NCBI GenBank assembly: GCA_046075485.1
Contig: JBJTQF010000040.1
Span: 7,144-71,143 of the forward strand
Direction: 5' to 3'
DNA from: Myxococcota bacterium
Lineage (GTDB): Bacteria; Myxococcota_A; UBA796; JAJRTE01; JBJTQF01
Length of the DNA: 64,000 nt
The notes below the pieces were generated by a model. The model was not told where the DNA came from. It saw only the letters and a program-made list of their open reading frames with translations, and made no database searches. Made by a program: the position numbers and the translations under genes. Of the stretch, positions 18,446-27,500 are shown piece by piece. Position 1 is the stretch's first letter; every line of letters starts with the position of its first letter.

Positions 18446-18820
18446 TTACCACGCACTGCGCGCGGTGGATTCCGCATAAGTACAAGCCGGAGGCTCCGAG
18501 CGCCCCACATAATAACCTGCTTGGCAGGTCAAACAAAGCTGAAGCCCATCGTCCGTAGAGGAGCACTGAAAAGACTCCACGCAAGCCACCCACCCACCCG
18601 CCTGTGCTTCTTGGTTCACGGTGAGCATATCCGCACTGCACGAGGAAAGGCAGGCTTGATAATGCTCCGCCGGAGTCTTGTCGGCGAGGGTCCAAGTGAC
18701 ACCACAGTCGTTGACCGCTTTACTACAAGCCGTCTCGCAGGTGGACTCCAGACAACCCGTCATGGAGGAGACCGCCAGCAAGCTCAACAGAAGGCGCGTG
18801 GGGATCTTAAAAGCACGCAT
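18446..18820 (-). CDS. Small Cys-rich lipoprotein, paralog of 18091..18405
   Basis: Starts at MRAFKIPTRLLLSLLAVSSMTGC (lipobox), then CETACSKAVNDCG...CLSSCSAD...CVESFQCSS...CLTCQ. It shares the C-E-x-A-C-x-K-x-x-x-D-C-G pattern with the downstream gene. Confidence 0.5.
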   Translation of the reverse strand: MRAFKIPTRLLLSLLAVSSMTGCLESTCETACSKAVNDCGVTWTLADKTPAEHYQACLSSCSADMLTVNQEAQAGGWVACVESFQCSSTDDGLQLCLTCQAGYYVGRSEPPACTYAESTARSAW

Positions 18821-18984
18821 AGACGCCTCACTTTGAAGGGCTTCGAGTGCGGAATCCTGTTCTGCCGGATACCGCTTCAAAACAAGTGGCAGGAACACCC
18901 GCAGCCCAAAGCTCCCTGCACGAGAGAGACTTGGGATAGGCAGAGGCAGAAAAGGTCTCTGCCTCCCGTATGCGCCCGTGAGGA

Positions 18985-19371
18985 TTACGAAATCCCTTGA
19001 AGCAGCTCATCGTACTGCTCTCGAGTCAGCAGCTTATTCAGCTCGTTGGGATCGGCGGCCTCAAACTTCACCATCCACCCGGCGCCCTCGGGGTCGTCGT
19101 TGACAATCGTGGGTTCATCCCTCAGGGCGGTATTTTGTCCCACCACTTTACCGGAGATCGGAGCATACACTTCGGAGGCGGCTTTCACAGACTCCACCAC
19201 ACACAGCTCCCCCTCCGCCTCGAAGGTCCGACCGGTATCCGGCAGCTCTACAAAGACGATGTCTCCAAGCTGTTGGGCGGCGTAAACGGTGATGCCCATG
19301 ACCATCGCGTCCCCGTCAACTCGAACCCACTCATGATCGCGCGTGAACCGCATTTCTCCAGACTGAAACAT
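18985..19371 (-). CDS. gcvH: Glycine cleavage system H protein (lipoyl carrier)
   Basis: The lipoyl-lysine motif ESVKAASEVYAPISGKV is present. The N-terminus MFQSGEMRFTRDHEW matches the GcvH ..HEW start. AAGGAG lies 9 nt upstream of this ATG, so I prefer it to the longer ORF from 19410. Confidence 0.85.
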   Translation of the reverse strand: MFQSGEMRFTRDHEWVRVDGDAMVMGITVYAAQQLGDIVFVELPDTGRTFEAEGELCVVESVKAASEVYAPISGKVVGQNTALRDEPTIVNDDPEGAGWMVKFEAADPNELNKLLTREQYDELLQGIS

Positions 19372-19425
19372 GGCCGCATACTCCTTTAGATCGATGTTTT
19401 GCAGCGCCACCAGCGCAGTGGCAGG

Positions 19426-20520
19426 TCATCCCTTTACAACCTTATAAAACGGCGTCTTGACCACCTGAGCGGCAACAGCCTTGCCTCGGATCTCCACGGA
19501 AAACCGACTTCCCTCTTTGCTCAAGGCGGTCGGAAGGTAAGCCATGCCGATGGACTTGCCCAAGCTGGGAGACATGGTGCCAGAAGTCACTTTGCCCACC
19601 ACCGCGCCAGTCTCGTCGAGGGCCGCACAGTCATGTCGTGCAATGCCCCGCTCCAGCAGCTCAAAGCCGATCAACTTTCGGCTCAGGCCCGCTTCTTTGG
19701 CAGCGACCAGGGCATCACGTCCCACAAAGTCCCCTTTGTTGAGCTTTACCACCCAACCAAGACCCGCTTCCAGTGGGAGGGTGGTGGCATCAATGTCGTT
19801 GCCGTAGAGCGAATATTTCATCTCGAGGCGGAGGGTGTCCCGAGCGCCCAAGCCAATGGGTGCCAGTCCGTAAGGGGCTCCGGCTTCCATCAGGCGCTCC
19901 CACACGCGGTCGGCATGCTCAGGGGCAAAAAAGATCTCGAAGCCATCTTCACCGGTGTATCCGGTACGGGCGATGAGCATCGGCACCTCCGCCAGCTCAC
20001 CCCGACGAAAACGATAATACGCAATGTCATGAAGCGGCACGGAGGTCAGAGCCTGCAAGAGCTTCTCGGCGTGGCGTCCCTGGATGGCAAGCTGGGCATA
20101 CTCGGCGCTCTTGTTGACCAGGGTGAGGTTAAAACCTTTGGCGACCTCCTGCATCCAGGCAAAATCTTTGTCGGTGTTGGAGGCATTGACACAGAAGAGC
20201 AGGTGGTCGTCGGTCAGGCGATAGGTGATCAGGTCATCGACGATGCCACCGTCCGGCTGACACATCACGGCATACTGCGCTTGATCGATGGCACAAGCAC
20301 TCACGTCGTTGCTGACCAGCTTCTGGGCGAAGGCCAGGGCATCCGGGCCCCACACTTCCACTTCACCCATGTGACTGACGTCAAAGAGGCCCACTCCGGA
20401 GCGCACCGTGCGATGCTCTTCCATGAGGCCCACGTACTGCACCGGCATATGCCAGCCGCCAAACTCAATCATGCGCCCACCGGCGCGGACGTGAAGATGA
20501 TGAAAAGGGGTCTGCTTCAA
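19426..20520 (-). CDS. gcvT: Glycine cleavage system aminomethyltransferase T protein
   Basis: The protein matches GcvT throughout (KQTPFHHLH..GGRMIEFGGWHMPVQY..GLFDVSHMG...). A TTG start at the LKQTPF position has GGAGGA 7 nt upstream. The ORF-track start at 20571 adds 17 unconserved residues. Confidence 0.85.
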   Translation of the reverse strand: MKQTPFHHLHVRAGGRMIEFGGWHMPVQYVGLMEEHRTVRSGVGLFDVSHMGEVEVWGPDALAFAQKLVSNDVSACAIDQAQYAVMCQPDGGIVDDLITYRLTDDHLLFCVNASNTDKDFAWMQEVAKGFNLTLVNKSAEYAQLAIQGRHAEKLLQALTSVPLHDIAYYRFRRGELAEVPMLIARTGYTGEDGFEIFFAPEHADRVWERLMEAGAPYGLAPIGLGARDTLRLEMKYSLYGNDIDATTLPLEAGLGWVVKLNKGDFVGRDALVAAKEAGLSRKLIGFELLERGIARHDCAALDETGAVVGKVTSGTMSPSLGKSIGMAYLPTALSKEGSRFSVEIRGKAVAAQVVKTPFYKVVKG

Positions 20521-20628
20521 AGGAGAGTCCTCCGGGAAGGAATCGAGCCTGCCTGTGCGTCTCAGCGGCAAGGGGTGGCGCTCGGGGCGTCACGCGGGTG
20601 AAGTTGTTGTGACTCTGTAAGTCGTTCA

Positions 20629-20657
20629 TGAATAGTGGAGTTGAGGGGCTTTGTCAA
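20629..20657 (-). promoter_or_regulatory. Sigma-70-like promoter candidate for gcvTH (TTGACA-N17-TATTCA on the minus strand)
   Basis: Near-consensus hexamers with 17-nt spacing, about 110 nt upstream of the gcvT start. Read directly. Confidence 0.3.
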
Positions 20658-20751
20658 TACAAATGGCGGTCACTCGAACGTGAGTCCGGAGGGGAAGCGG
20701 CAAGGATCCAGGGTCGTTGAGGCCCTCAGCAGGTTCAGATTTCCAGTAAAG

Positions 20752-21288
20752 TCAGAAAATAGCGGAGAGCACCAGCTTGACGACCAGTGTGCCCAGAAAA
20801 GCCACCACCAGGGTCACGGTCGCCGGTTTTCCCGCCTGGAGGTTCATGCTCGACTGCACCGCCAAATACGCAAACATCACCTGAAGCAGCAGCATGGCAA
20901 TGCCCACCAGGGGCAGCAAGAAGATCCCGATGATGGTGATGGTCAGGATCAAGGCAATCACCGCGCCCACCACGGAGAGCGGCACCCAAAACAAGGAAAA
21001 GGTATAGGCCACCTGATCCAACGAGCCAGTTCCTCCCTGGCCTTTGCCCACCGTATGGACCAAATACGTAAACACCCCAAAACCCACGAGGGTGCTCAAC
21101 ACGCCGCTGAGCAGGCCCATCACGCCACCGCTCAGACCAAAGAGGCCAGAGATCAGCGCGCAGAGGCCCACATACAACATCGCGTCTTGCAGGGTGCCTT
21201 TATTTTCGAGACGCTCAAAGCTGGCCACACTGGGATTGGTGATCACGGCCATCGTGTCACTCAGCATCTGGGATAACTTGTTCGTCAT
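20752..21288 (-). CDS. Yip1-family integral membrane protein
   Basis: AAGGAG lies 8 nt upstream of ATG (MTNKLSQML). A cytoplasmic N-terminus is followed by about five hydrophobic helices rich in Gly/Leu/Val, a pattern like the Yip1/DUF1282 family. Confidence 0.5.
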   Translation of the reverse strand: MTNKLSQMLSDTMAVITNPSVASFERLENKGTLQDAMLYVGLCALISGLFGLSGGVMGLLSGVLSTLVGFGVFTYLVHTVGKGQGGTGSLDQVAYTFSLFWVPLSVVGAVIALILTITIIGIFLLPLVGIAMLLLQVMFAYLAVQSSMNLQAGKPATVTLVVAFLGTLVVKLVLSAIF

Positions 21289-21463
21289 GGATGTTTCTCC
21301 TTGGGGTGAGTTTTGTCTGTCGCTTGACTCCAAGCTCACCGGATCGTATCAGGCTTATCGGCATCGACGCAAAAGGAATCGTGCGCTTCAGCTCGTACTT
21401 GCACCTTCGTTTGAGCTGACGATATATTGCAGGTTTGATGCCCTTCCATGATTTGGAGCCCTC

Positions 21464-22672
21464 ATGTTATCTGAGCACTTGCCCGAGTCCTTGCCCGAGT
21501 CCCTCGTGGAGCCCTCCACCCTGCCAGAGCCCCAGGTGCAGCATGTCTCGGCGGGCGACGAGCGCACGATGTCACGTCCTTCAGAGCCTGAAAGCCTGAG
21601 CGCGGCGGAGCTGGCGGAGCCTCCACGCATCAACCTCAAAAACCACACGCTGGATGAGCTTCAGGCGGCCCTTCAACCGCTGGGAGTGCCCGAGAAACAA
21701 GTACGGCAGCTCATGGCCCGTGTGCTGGGTCGAGAGCTCCCGCTCGAGGGGCTCAAAGGGCTCTCGAAGGTCCGCCAGGCGCTGCTGGAGCAACGCACCG
21801 TCATTCCACGCTTAGAGCTGGTCGAGAAGGTAGTCTCGGCGACAGATGGATTTACGAAGTTTCTGTTTAAAACCCACGACGGCCATTTTGTGGAGGCGGT
21901 GCGGATTCCCTTGCTGGCGCATCGGTTTAGTGTCTGCATCTCCAGTCAGGTGGGCTGTGCGTTGGGCTGTACCTTCTGTGCCACCGGAAAGTTGGGCTTC
22001 CGCCGCAACCTCGAGGCGTGGGAGATGATCGATCAAGTGCTCCAGGTGCGCGAAGGGGCGGAGCGTCCGGTGACCGGGGTGGTCTTCATGGGGCAAGGAG
22101 AGCCTTTTCTCAACTACGACAATGTGCTCAAAGCGGCGGCGATCATGAAATCCCCCACGGGCTTGAGCATTGCAGCGGAGGCCATCACGATCTCGACGGC
22201 GGGCATCTTGCCACGCATCCGGCAGTACACAGCAGAAGGGCATCCGTATCGGCTGATCGTCTCGCTGTCGGCGGGGACTTCAGAGACCCGACGGCAGATC
22301 ATGCCCATCGAGAAAAAATATCCACTCGACGAGCTTATTCCGGCCATTGGGGAGTACGCACGCGCCCGTCGCACCCGCGCGACCATTGCGTGGGTGGCCA
22401 TGAAGGGGATCAATACGACGGCCTCAGAGCTCCAGGCGCTGAAGGCTCGGCTGGGAGATATTCCGATTCGGTTTAACTTAATTGAAGTGAATGATCCCGA
22501 AGGGCAGTTTGTCGCGCCGGTCGGAGAGGATTTCCGGGCTTTTGTGGATGAGCTTCAGCAGCTTCAGGTGCCGATTGCTCGGCGATATACGGGCGGTAAG
22601 GACATCGAGGCGGCGTGTGGTCGATTGGCCAGCACGCGGCAGTCGCCGCTCGAGGCCGAGCTGAGTGTATGA
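21464..22672 (+). CDS. rlmN: Radical-SAM 23S rRNA (A2503-C2) / tRNA methyltransferase RlmN
   Basis: The motifs CISSQVGCALGCTFCATGKLGFRRNL (CxxxCxxC radical-SAM cluster in RlmN/Cfr context), GEPFLNYDNV and the C-terminal Cys are all present. GGAG lies 5 nt upstream of ATG 21464. Confidence 0.8.
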   Translation: MLSEHLPESLPESLVEPSTLPEPQVQHVSAGDERTMSRPSEPESLSAAELAEPPRINLKNHTLDELQAALQPLGVPEKQVRQLMARVLGRELPLEGLKGLSKVRQALLEQRTVIPRLELVEKVVSATDGFTKFLFKTHDGHFVEAVRIPLLAHRFSVCISSQVGCALGCTFCATGKLGFRRNLEAWEMIDQVLQVREGAERPVTGVVFMGQGEPFLNYDNVLKAAAIMKSPTGLSIAAEAITISTAGILPRIRQYTAEGHPYRLIVSLSAGTSETRRQIMPIEKKYPLDELIPAIGEYARARRTRATIAWVAMKGINTTASELQALKARLGDIPIRFNLIEVNDPEGQFVAPVGEDFRAFVDELQQLQVPIARRYTGGKDIEAACGRLASTRQSPLEAELSV

Positions 22673-22745
22673 TGGGCGAAGGTGGCTGGAGGGTTGCTCG
22701 GCAGGCTTCAACACGCGGACGTAACCGAGTTTAGGAGGAGGTCTC

Positions 22746-23399
22746 ATGCTCGCTCGAATGTTGACGACCGTACTGTGTGTGATGGCGCTCAGCGTGCTGA
22801 GTGCGGGATGTTCGACGGTGACGGTGAATGCGCCCTTGACGGCCACGCCGACGGCTCGTGATGTGAGCTGTTTTGAGGGTGTCTGGTTGATGGACAAGGA
22901 GACGCTCACCATCCGATTCGACAAGAATGGAGTGGGGCAGGTGGGGGCGGCGGAGTTTAAGGATGACAAGTTCCAGCTCTTCCGGGCCGAGATCTACCCC
23001 ACACATGGTCAATATCGGCGTTTTTTGGCCTTACGCCTCCAGGAGAATGGGCAGTGGCTGCCGGATTATTATCTGGTGCAATACGACTTTACGGATCAGG
23101 GGGAGCTGCTGATCTGGCAGCCCGAGCTGGATACGTTTGCAACCCTGGTGAATGCCAAGAAGCTCCAGGGAGAGGTGAAGCTGGATGGGATGGCCAAGGA
23201 GGTCCGGCTGACGTCTCCGGGAGAGATGGTGCTGAAGGCGTTGGATACGCCGGGGCTGACGGGGTTGTTCCGCTATCAAAAGCCGAGTGTATTACGTCGG
23301 GTGGCGGGTCCGGCGGTGTGTGTGCCGGAGCCTCTGGTGGTGATCTTGCCTCCGACGCCAGCATCGGGGGCATCGGGGGCTTCGGAAAAGAAGCCGTGA
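22746..23399 (+). CDS. Hypothetical lipoprotein
   Basis: AGGAGGAGG precedes the ATG. MLARMLTTVLCVMALSVLSAGC carries a lipobox. The codon usage is G3-rich. Confidence 0.5.
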   Translation: MLARMLTTVLCVMALSVLSAGCSTVTVNAPLTATPTARDVSCFEGVWLMDKETLTIRFDKNGVGQVGAAEFKDDKFQLFRAEIYPTHGQYRRFLALRLQENGQWLPDYYLVQYDFTDQGELLIWQPELDTFATLVNAKKLQGEVKLDGMAKEVRLTSPGEMVLKALDTPGLTGLFRYQKPSVLRRVAGPAVCVPEPLVVILPPTPASGASGASEKKP

Positions 23400-23536
23400 G
23401 GGTGCCTTGATGCAGCGTCTGGTTTGCTCTCCTCAGAGTTCCCGCCTATTCGGTATCTTTTCTCATGCAAAGATCGACAAGCTGCCAAAGATGATGCTAC
23501 ATCCTCCCGAGATTTTTCTTCTGGAGGGCATCCGGG

Positions 23537-24538
23537 GTGAGTCAAGGGGAACAGATCGACGCTGAGCAAGGCGTCTCAAGCCAAGAGGGCTCGTCGGAGG
23601 CGGTCAATCCACCTCGAGCGCGAGACCGACACGGCAAGCAGGTGCTGCGTATTTTGGCGGCTCCGCGTCTGGTGGAGACGGAGCGGGAGCATACGCCGGT
23701 GGTGCGCACGGATGTGTTGTTGCGTCCGGGGCCCGCGCTGCCGTCGGAGGCGGGGTTGCTGGCTCAGTTTGTGGACCATCGAATGGCGTTGGTGGAGCTG
23801 TTTAGCGGTCGTCCACGTCGTTCGGAGCTGTGGCATGCGCGTGCGAAGGGCTTGCTGGCCCTGGATGAGCTTCCGCTGGTGCCGATGAGTCGGCCTCCCT
23901 TTGGGTTGTGTCAGGTGCTGATTGGGATAGGGTCGCCTCATCGTGCTCTGGAGGGCGCATTTAAAAGCCTGCGGTGGAGGGTGGTCGAGCCGGGGCTTCA
24001 TTGTTATGATGATGTATATGAGCTGGTATACGTGGATCTGCTGCGACTGGGATTGAGGTTGGAGACGGCATGGCTTCACATCTTGGGGGCGGGCCCCTGG
24101 ATGGTAGAGGCATTCGGGCTGCTCCTGCAAACGGGTCGTGAGCTGGATCGACGCTGGATCAACACATTGCTGAGTGAGGGACGAACCATGCCATCTGTTC
24201 AGAGTGCGCTGCGTTCGCCAGAGCTGCTGGCGGAGCAGGAATATGTAACACGAAGCTGGGAGCTGGCGCATGCGAGTGTGCTGGCGGAGCTGAAGGGCAG
24301 GCAGGAAGGTCGGCAGGAAGGACAGGAGGAAGGCACCCTCAAAGGAGAGCGAGAGGCCATCCGCTTGGTGCTCAAGGCTCGGTTTGGTTTTGTCCCTCCA
24401 GACCTCGAGCCGGAGCTGGGGAGGGTCTCCTCACTGGAGGCGCTCAACGAGCTGATCACCGCAGCAGCGACCCGAACAGTGCCGGAGGTGGTCCAGCTTG
24501 CACAACGGCTGGCTCGGCCTCTTCCTTCATCCCCCTGA
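23537..24538 (+). CDS. Hypothetical protein whose C-terminus resembles the DUF4351 tail of Rpn/YhgA-family PD-(D/E)XK recombination-promoting nucleases
   Basis: GGAGGG lies 7 nt upstream of GTG 23537. The C-terminal EGRQEGRQEGQEEGTLKGEREAIRLVLKARFGFVPPDLEPELGRVSSLEALNELITAAATRTVPEVVQL fits the DUF4351 pattern (EG..EG repeat, RFG.vP..l...l......LE.L......A.S..E). The N-terminal part is not recognisable. Confidence 0.4.
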   Translation: MSQGEQIDAEQGVSSQEGSSEAVNPPRARDRHGKQVLRILAAPRLVETEREHTPVVRTDVLLRPGPALPSEAGLLAQFVDHRMALVELFSGRPRRSELWHARAKGLLALDELPLVPMSRPPFGLCQVLIGIGSPHRALEGAFKSLRWRVVEPGLHCYDDVYELVYVDLLRLGLRLETAWLHILGAGPWMVEAFGLLLQTGRELDRRWINTLLSEGRTMPSVQSALRSPELLAEQEYVTRSWELAHASVLAELKGRQEGRQEGQEEGTLKGEREAIRLVLKARFGFVPPDLEPELGRVSSLEALNELITAAATRTVPEVVQLAQRLARPLPSSP

Positions 24539-24590
24539 GTCGAGACCGATCCCCCTGAGTCGAGACCGATCCCCTGAGTCGAGGCCGGTC
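24531..24590. repeat. Three tandem copies of a 20-bp unit (ccccctgagtcgagaccgat), spanning the stop of the upstream gene and the gap before the PilZ gene
   Basis: Direct reading. The third copy is diverged (cccctgagtcgaggccggtc). Confidence 0.8.
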
Positions 24591-24971
24591 TCACGGCCCC
24601 TGCACATGCCCCCACGCACGCGCGTTGAGAATAAAAGCCTGAAGGCGCGTGCGTGCGACCTCATCGAGTGGGCCAAACTGAATGCCCATTCCCGAGAGCG
24701 CCGGAGGAGGTGCCGCTTGTTCTGAGTGCCGTGTCGATGAGCCTGTCTGTCTCCAAGCCACCTGTCCTGATAAGCATAAGGGCGTACCACCGCGTGGATC
24801 CGGCAGCTCCACCTCCACCGGCGTGGACAGTGGAAGGGCAAACTCCGCCTGCAAAAAGAGCCCTCCCAAGCTCAGATTGTGAGCCGGATGAAAATAGTGC
24901 TCATCCAGCCCCCGTAGGCTGACCCGTGCATAATAGGGGACTCGCGGATCACGACGTCGCTCCACATTCAC
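24591..24971 (-). CDS. PilZ-domain protein (c-di-GMP binding)
   Basis: RRRDPRVPYYARVSL...HNLSLGGLFLQAEF...GQVAWRQ...GMGIQF matches the RxxxR and D/NxSxGG PilZ motifs. Confidence 0.7.
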   Translation of the reverse strand: MNVERRRDPRVPYYARVSLRGLDEHYFHPAHNLSLGGLFLQAEFALPLSTPVEVELPDPRGGTPLCLSGQVAWRQTGSSTRHSEQAAPPPALSGMGIQFGPLDEVARTRLQAFILNARAWGHVQGP

Positions 24972-25066
24972 TCCCCGGTGGAGCCATGCCCCACCTCATC
25001 CTTGTGAGCCAGCGGTGATGAGAACAGCGGCACCAGCCGAAGAGCTGCTGCCTTCCGTGGCTGTCT

Positions 25067-25783
25067 TCAGTGGCCGCCGAGATAGGCATGCTGAACGTCT
25101 TCGCTGGCCAGCAGCTCATCTCCAGTGCCCGAGAGCACAATCGCTCCCTGTGCGATCACATATCCACGCTGCGCCACACTCAAGGCCATGCGAGCATTTT
25201 GCTCCACCAACAAGATGGCAGTGCCTTCCTTGTGGATTTCTTTGATGATCTCGAAGACCTGATCCACCAGCGCCGGTGCCAGTCCCATCGACGGCTCATC
25301 CATGAGCAGCAGCTTCGGACGGTTCATCAGAGCCCGTCCAATGGCCAACATCTGCTGCTCTCCGCCCGAGAGGGTGCCGCCGAGCTGCGTTCGTCGCTCG
25401 CGCAGGCGCGGAAAACGTTGGTAGACCCGCTCCATATCCCCCTCAATTTCCTTGTCACGTCGGAGAAAACACCCCAGCTCGAGGTTTTCCTCCACCGTCA
25501 TCCGGGGGAAAATACGACGACCCTCCGGCACTATCGAGAGCCCTTGACGCACGATCTCAGCCGTCGGAAGGTTCTGAATCGGCTTGCCGAGAAACGAGAT
25601 CTGACCGCTCCAGGCAGGATGAGTGCCCATGATGGTCTTCATGGTGGTGGTCTTTCCAGCGGCATTGCCTCCCAACAAACAGACGATCTCAGCGGGATTG
25701 ACCGAGAGGGAGACCGACTTGAGCACCTGGATGGGGCCATAGCCGTTCTGGATATTGCTCAGCTCAAGCATGGGCGGCTGCAC
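25067..25783 (-). CDS. livF: Branched-chain amino acid ABC transporter ATP-binding protein LivF-like
   Basis: Walker A GGNAAGKTT, signature LSGGEQQMLAIGRAL and Walker B LLLMDEP are present. A start at 25771 (MLELS) is also possible. Confidence 0.8.
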   Translation of the reverse strand: MQPPMLELSNIQNGYGPIQVLKSVSLSVNPAEIVCLLGGNAAGKTTTMKTIMGTHPAWSGQISFLGKPIQNLPTAEIVRQGLSIVPEGRRIFPRMTVEENLELGCFLRRDKEIEGDMERVYQRFPRLRERRTQLGGTLSGGEQQMLAIGRALMNRPKLLLMDEPSMGLAPALVDQVFEIIKEIHKEGTAILLVEQNARMALSVAQRGYVIAQGAIVLSGTGDELLASEDVQHAYLGGH

Positions 25784-26576
25784 CGGCGGCTCCTTTCCCG
25801 AGATAGGCTTCGATCACCTGCGGCGTCTGGCGCACTTCGTCAAACGTGCCTTCGGCGATCTTCTCGCCGTGGTCAAACGCGATGGTATGATCCGAAATCG
25901 AACGTACCAGGGTCATATCATGCTCGATGAGCAGGATCGTATACCCTGAGTCACGCAGGCGGCGAATATCGAGCATCAAGCCATGTTTTTCAGTCGGATT
26001 CATACCCGCAGCCGGCTCGTCGAGCAGCAACAACCGAGGACGGGTGGCCATCGCCCGCACGATCTCCAGACGGCGCTGGTTGGCATAACTCAGATTGCGT
26101 GCGGCCTCCTCCCGGACAGGATAGAGCAGCTCCCCAAAAAACTTGAGGAGCTCCGCTGCTTCGTGCCGGATGCGGGCTTCCTCCTCTTTAAAACGTCGCG
26201 TGCGGAGCAGCGCCGCAAAGAGGCCCTCCTGCGTGCGCGCGTGCATGCCCACCATCACGTTCTCCAGCACCGTCATCTGAGGAAAGAGGCGGAGATTCTG
26301 GAAGGTACGGGCCACCCCTTGCTGGGTGATCTCGTAAGGCTTACGTCCGACCAGCTCGACGGTGGTGGCATCGGCTTGACGCAGCAGCAGCCTCCCTTCG
26401 GTGGGCTCATAGAGCCCGCTGATCAGGTTGAAGAAGGTGGTCTTGCCCGAGCCATTGGGTCCAATAATGCTCACCACTTTACAATCGGGCACGTCGAGGT
26501 CAATGCTCTTCACAGCCGTAAGACCCCCAAAACGTTTGGTGAGCCCACGAATCTGGAGCAGCGGGGTTGTGCTCAT
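25764..26576 (-). CDS. livG: Branched-chain amino acid ABC transporter ATP-binding protein LivG-like
   Basis: Walker A GPNGSGKTT, signature ANQRRLEIVRAM and Walker B LLLLDEPAAGMNP are present, with the LivG-type insert. Confidence 0.8.
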   Translation of the reverse strand: MSTTPLLQIRGLTKRFGGLTAVKSIDLDVPDCKVVSIIGPNGSGKTTFFNLISGLYEPTEGRLLLRQADATTVELVGRKPYEITQQGVARTFQNLRLFPQMTVLENVMVGMHARTQEGLFAALLRTRRFKEEEARIRHEAAELLKFFGELLYPVREEAARNLSYANQRRLEIVRAMATRPRLLLLDEPAAGMNPTEKHGLMLDIRRLRDSGYTILLIEHDMTLVRSISDHTIAFDHGEKIAEGTFDEVRQTPQVIEAYLGKGAAGAAAHA

Positions 26577-27313
26577 GCCTTCTCCTGTGAGACAGAGGGG
26601 GATGCCGGGCGAGGCGAACGTGTACCAAACAGCGCCGTCCCCACCCGTACCAGGGTGGCCCCTTCCTCAATGGCCACCTCAAAATCGGCGCTCATGCCCA
26701 TCGAAAGCTCGGGCAGAGGATGTGCATACCGCTGCTGAAGGTCATCCCGAAGCTGCCGGAGCTGGCGAAAATAAGGCCGAACCCGCTCCGCATCGTCCTC
26801 CGGCGGAGGCAAGGTCATCAGCCCCTTCAGCTCCAGATGAGGATTTCTCAGCACCTGCTCGACGAGCGCCGGGAGCTGCTCGAAACGACAGCCACTCTTG
26901 CTCTCTTCTCCGCCGAGGTTGATCTCCAGCAGGATCGGTTGAACAAGCTGAAGGCTGGCGGCTCGTTTTTCCAGGGCGTCGATGAGGCTCTCGCGGTCTA
27001 CCGAGTGGATGAGACGCACATGGGGCAGGATGTTTCGCACCTTGTTGGTCTGGAGATGTCCAATGAAGTGCCACTCGACCTCCGCCATGAGCGGACCTGC
27101 TTGTGGGTGAGTGGGCAGGCGAGAGAGTTTTCCTTCCAGTTCTTGGACGTAATTTTCTCCAAAGAGGCGGCAGCCGTCTTGGAGGGCGTCCACGAGCTTT
27201 TCGTCGGGCTGAGCCTTACTGACGGCCACCAGCCGCACCTGTCCCGCTCTGCCGACGCGGGTGGCGGTGGCCTCCACCCGGGCTTTCAGCGCCTGATATG
27301 CCGTCTGAGACAT
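26573..27313 (-). CDS. yggS: YggS-family pyridoxal-phosphate homeostasis protein (PLPHP)
   Basis: VRLVAVSKAQP (PLP-binding Lys), HFIGHLQTNK and GEESKSG..LKGLMTLPP..LSMGMSADFEVAIEEGATLVRVGTALFG are present. GGAGG lies upstream of ATG 27313, and the gene overlaps the livG start by 4 nt. Confidence 0.8.
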   Translation of the reverse strand: MSQTAYQALKARVEATATRVGRAGQVRLVAVSKAQPDEKLVDALQDGCRLFGENYVQELEGKLSRLPTHPQAGPLMAEVEWHFIGHLQTNKVRNILPHVRLIHSVDRESLIDALEKRAASLQLVQPILLEINLGGEESKSGCRFEQLPALVEQVLRNPHLELKGLMTLPPPEDDAERVRPYFRQLRQLRDDLQQRYAHPLPELSMGMSADFEVAIEEGATLVRVGTALFGTRSPRPASPSVSQEKA

Positions 27314-27500
27314 GGGTCTGCGTCCTCCGTATGAAAAAAGCGTCTCATTATAACGAATCTTGGGCGGATCACGACAGCAGGTGGTGGGGGGCTGGAAATT
27401 TTTTAGCGGGGCGGAGCGGAGAGGCAACGGAGAAGGCATTCAAGCGGGACGATATATCCTAAAGCCTGGCATGATATCCATATGATTTTTAGAGGTTTAT

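Noticed and set aside
18941-18963. Hairpin gaggcaga-N7-tctgcctc downstream of gcvH as a terminator
   Set aside because: Stable stem but no U-tract on the transcribed strand, so I left it uncalled.
20521-20751. Glycine riboswitch upstream of gcvT
   Set aside because: The conserved aptamer cores are not present on the minus strand. A GGAGAGTCC string on the plus strand lies inside the gcvT coding region on the wrong strand.
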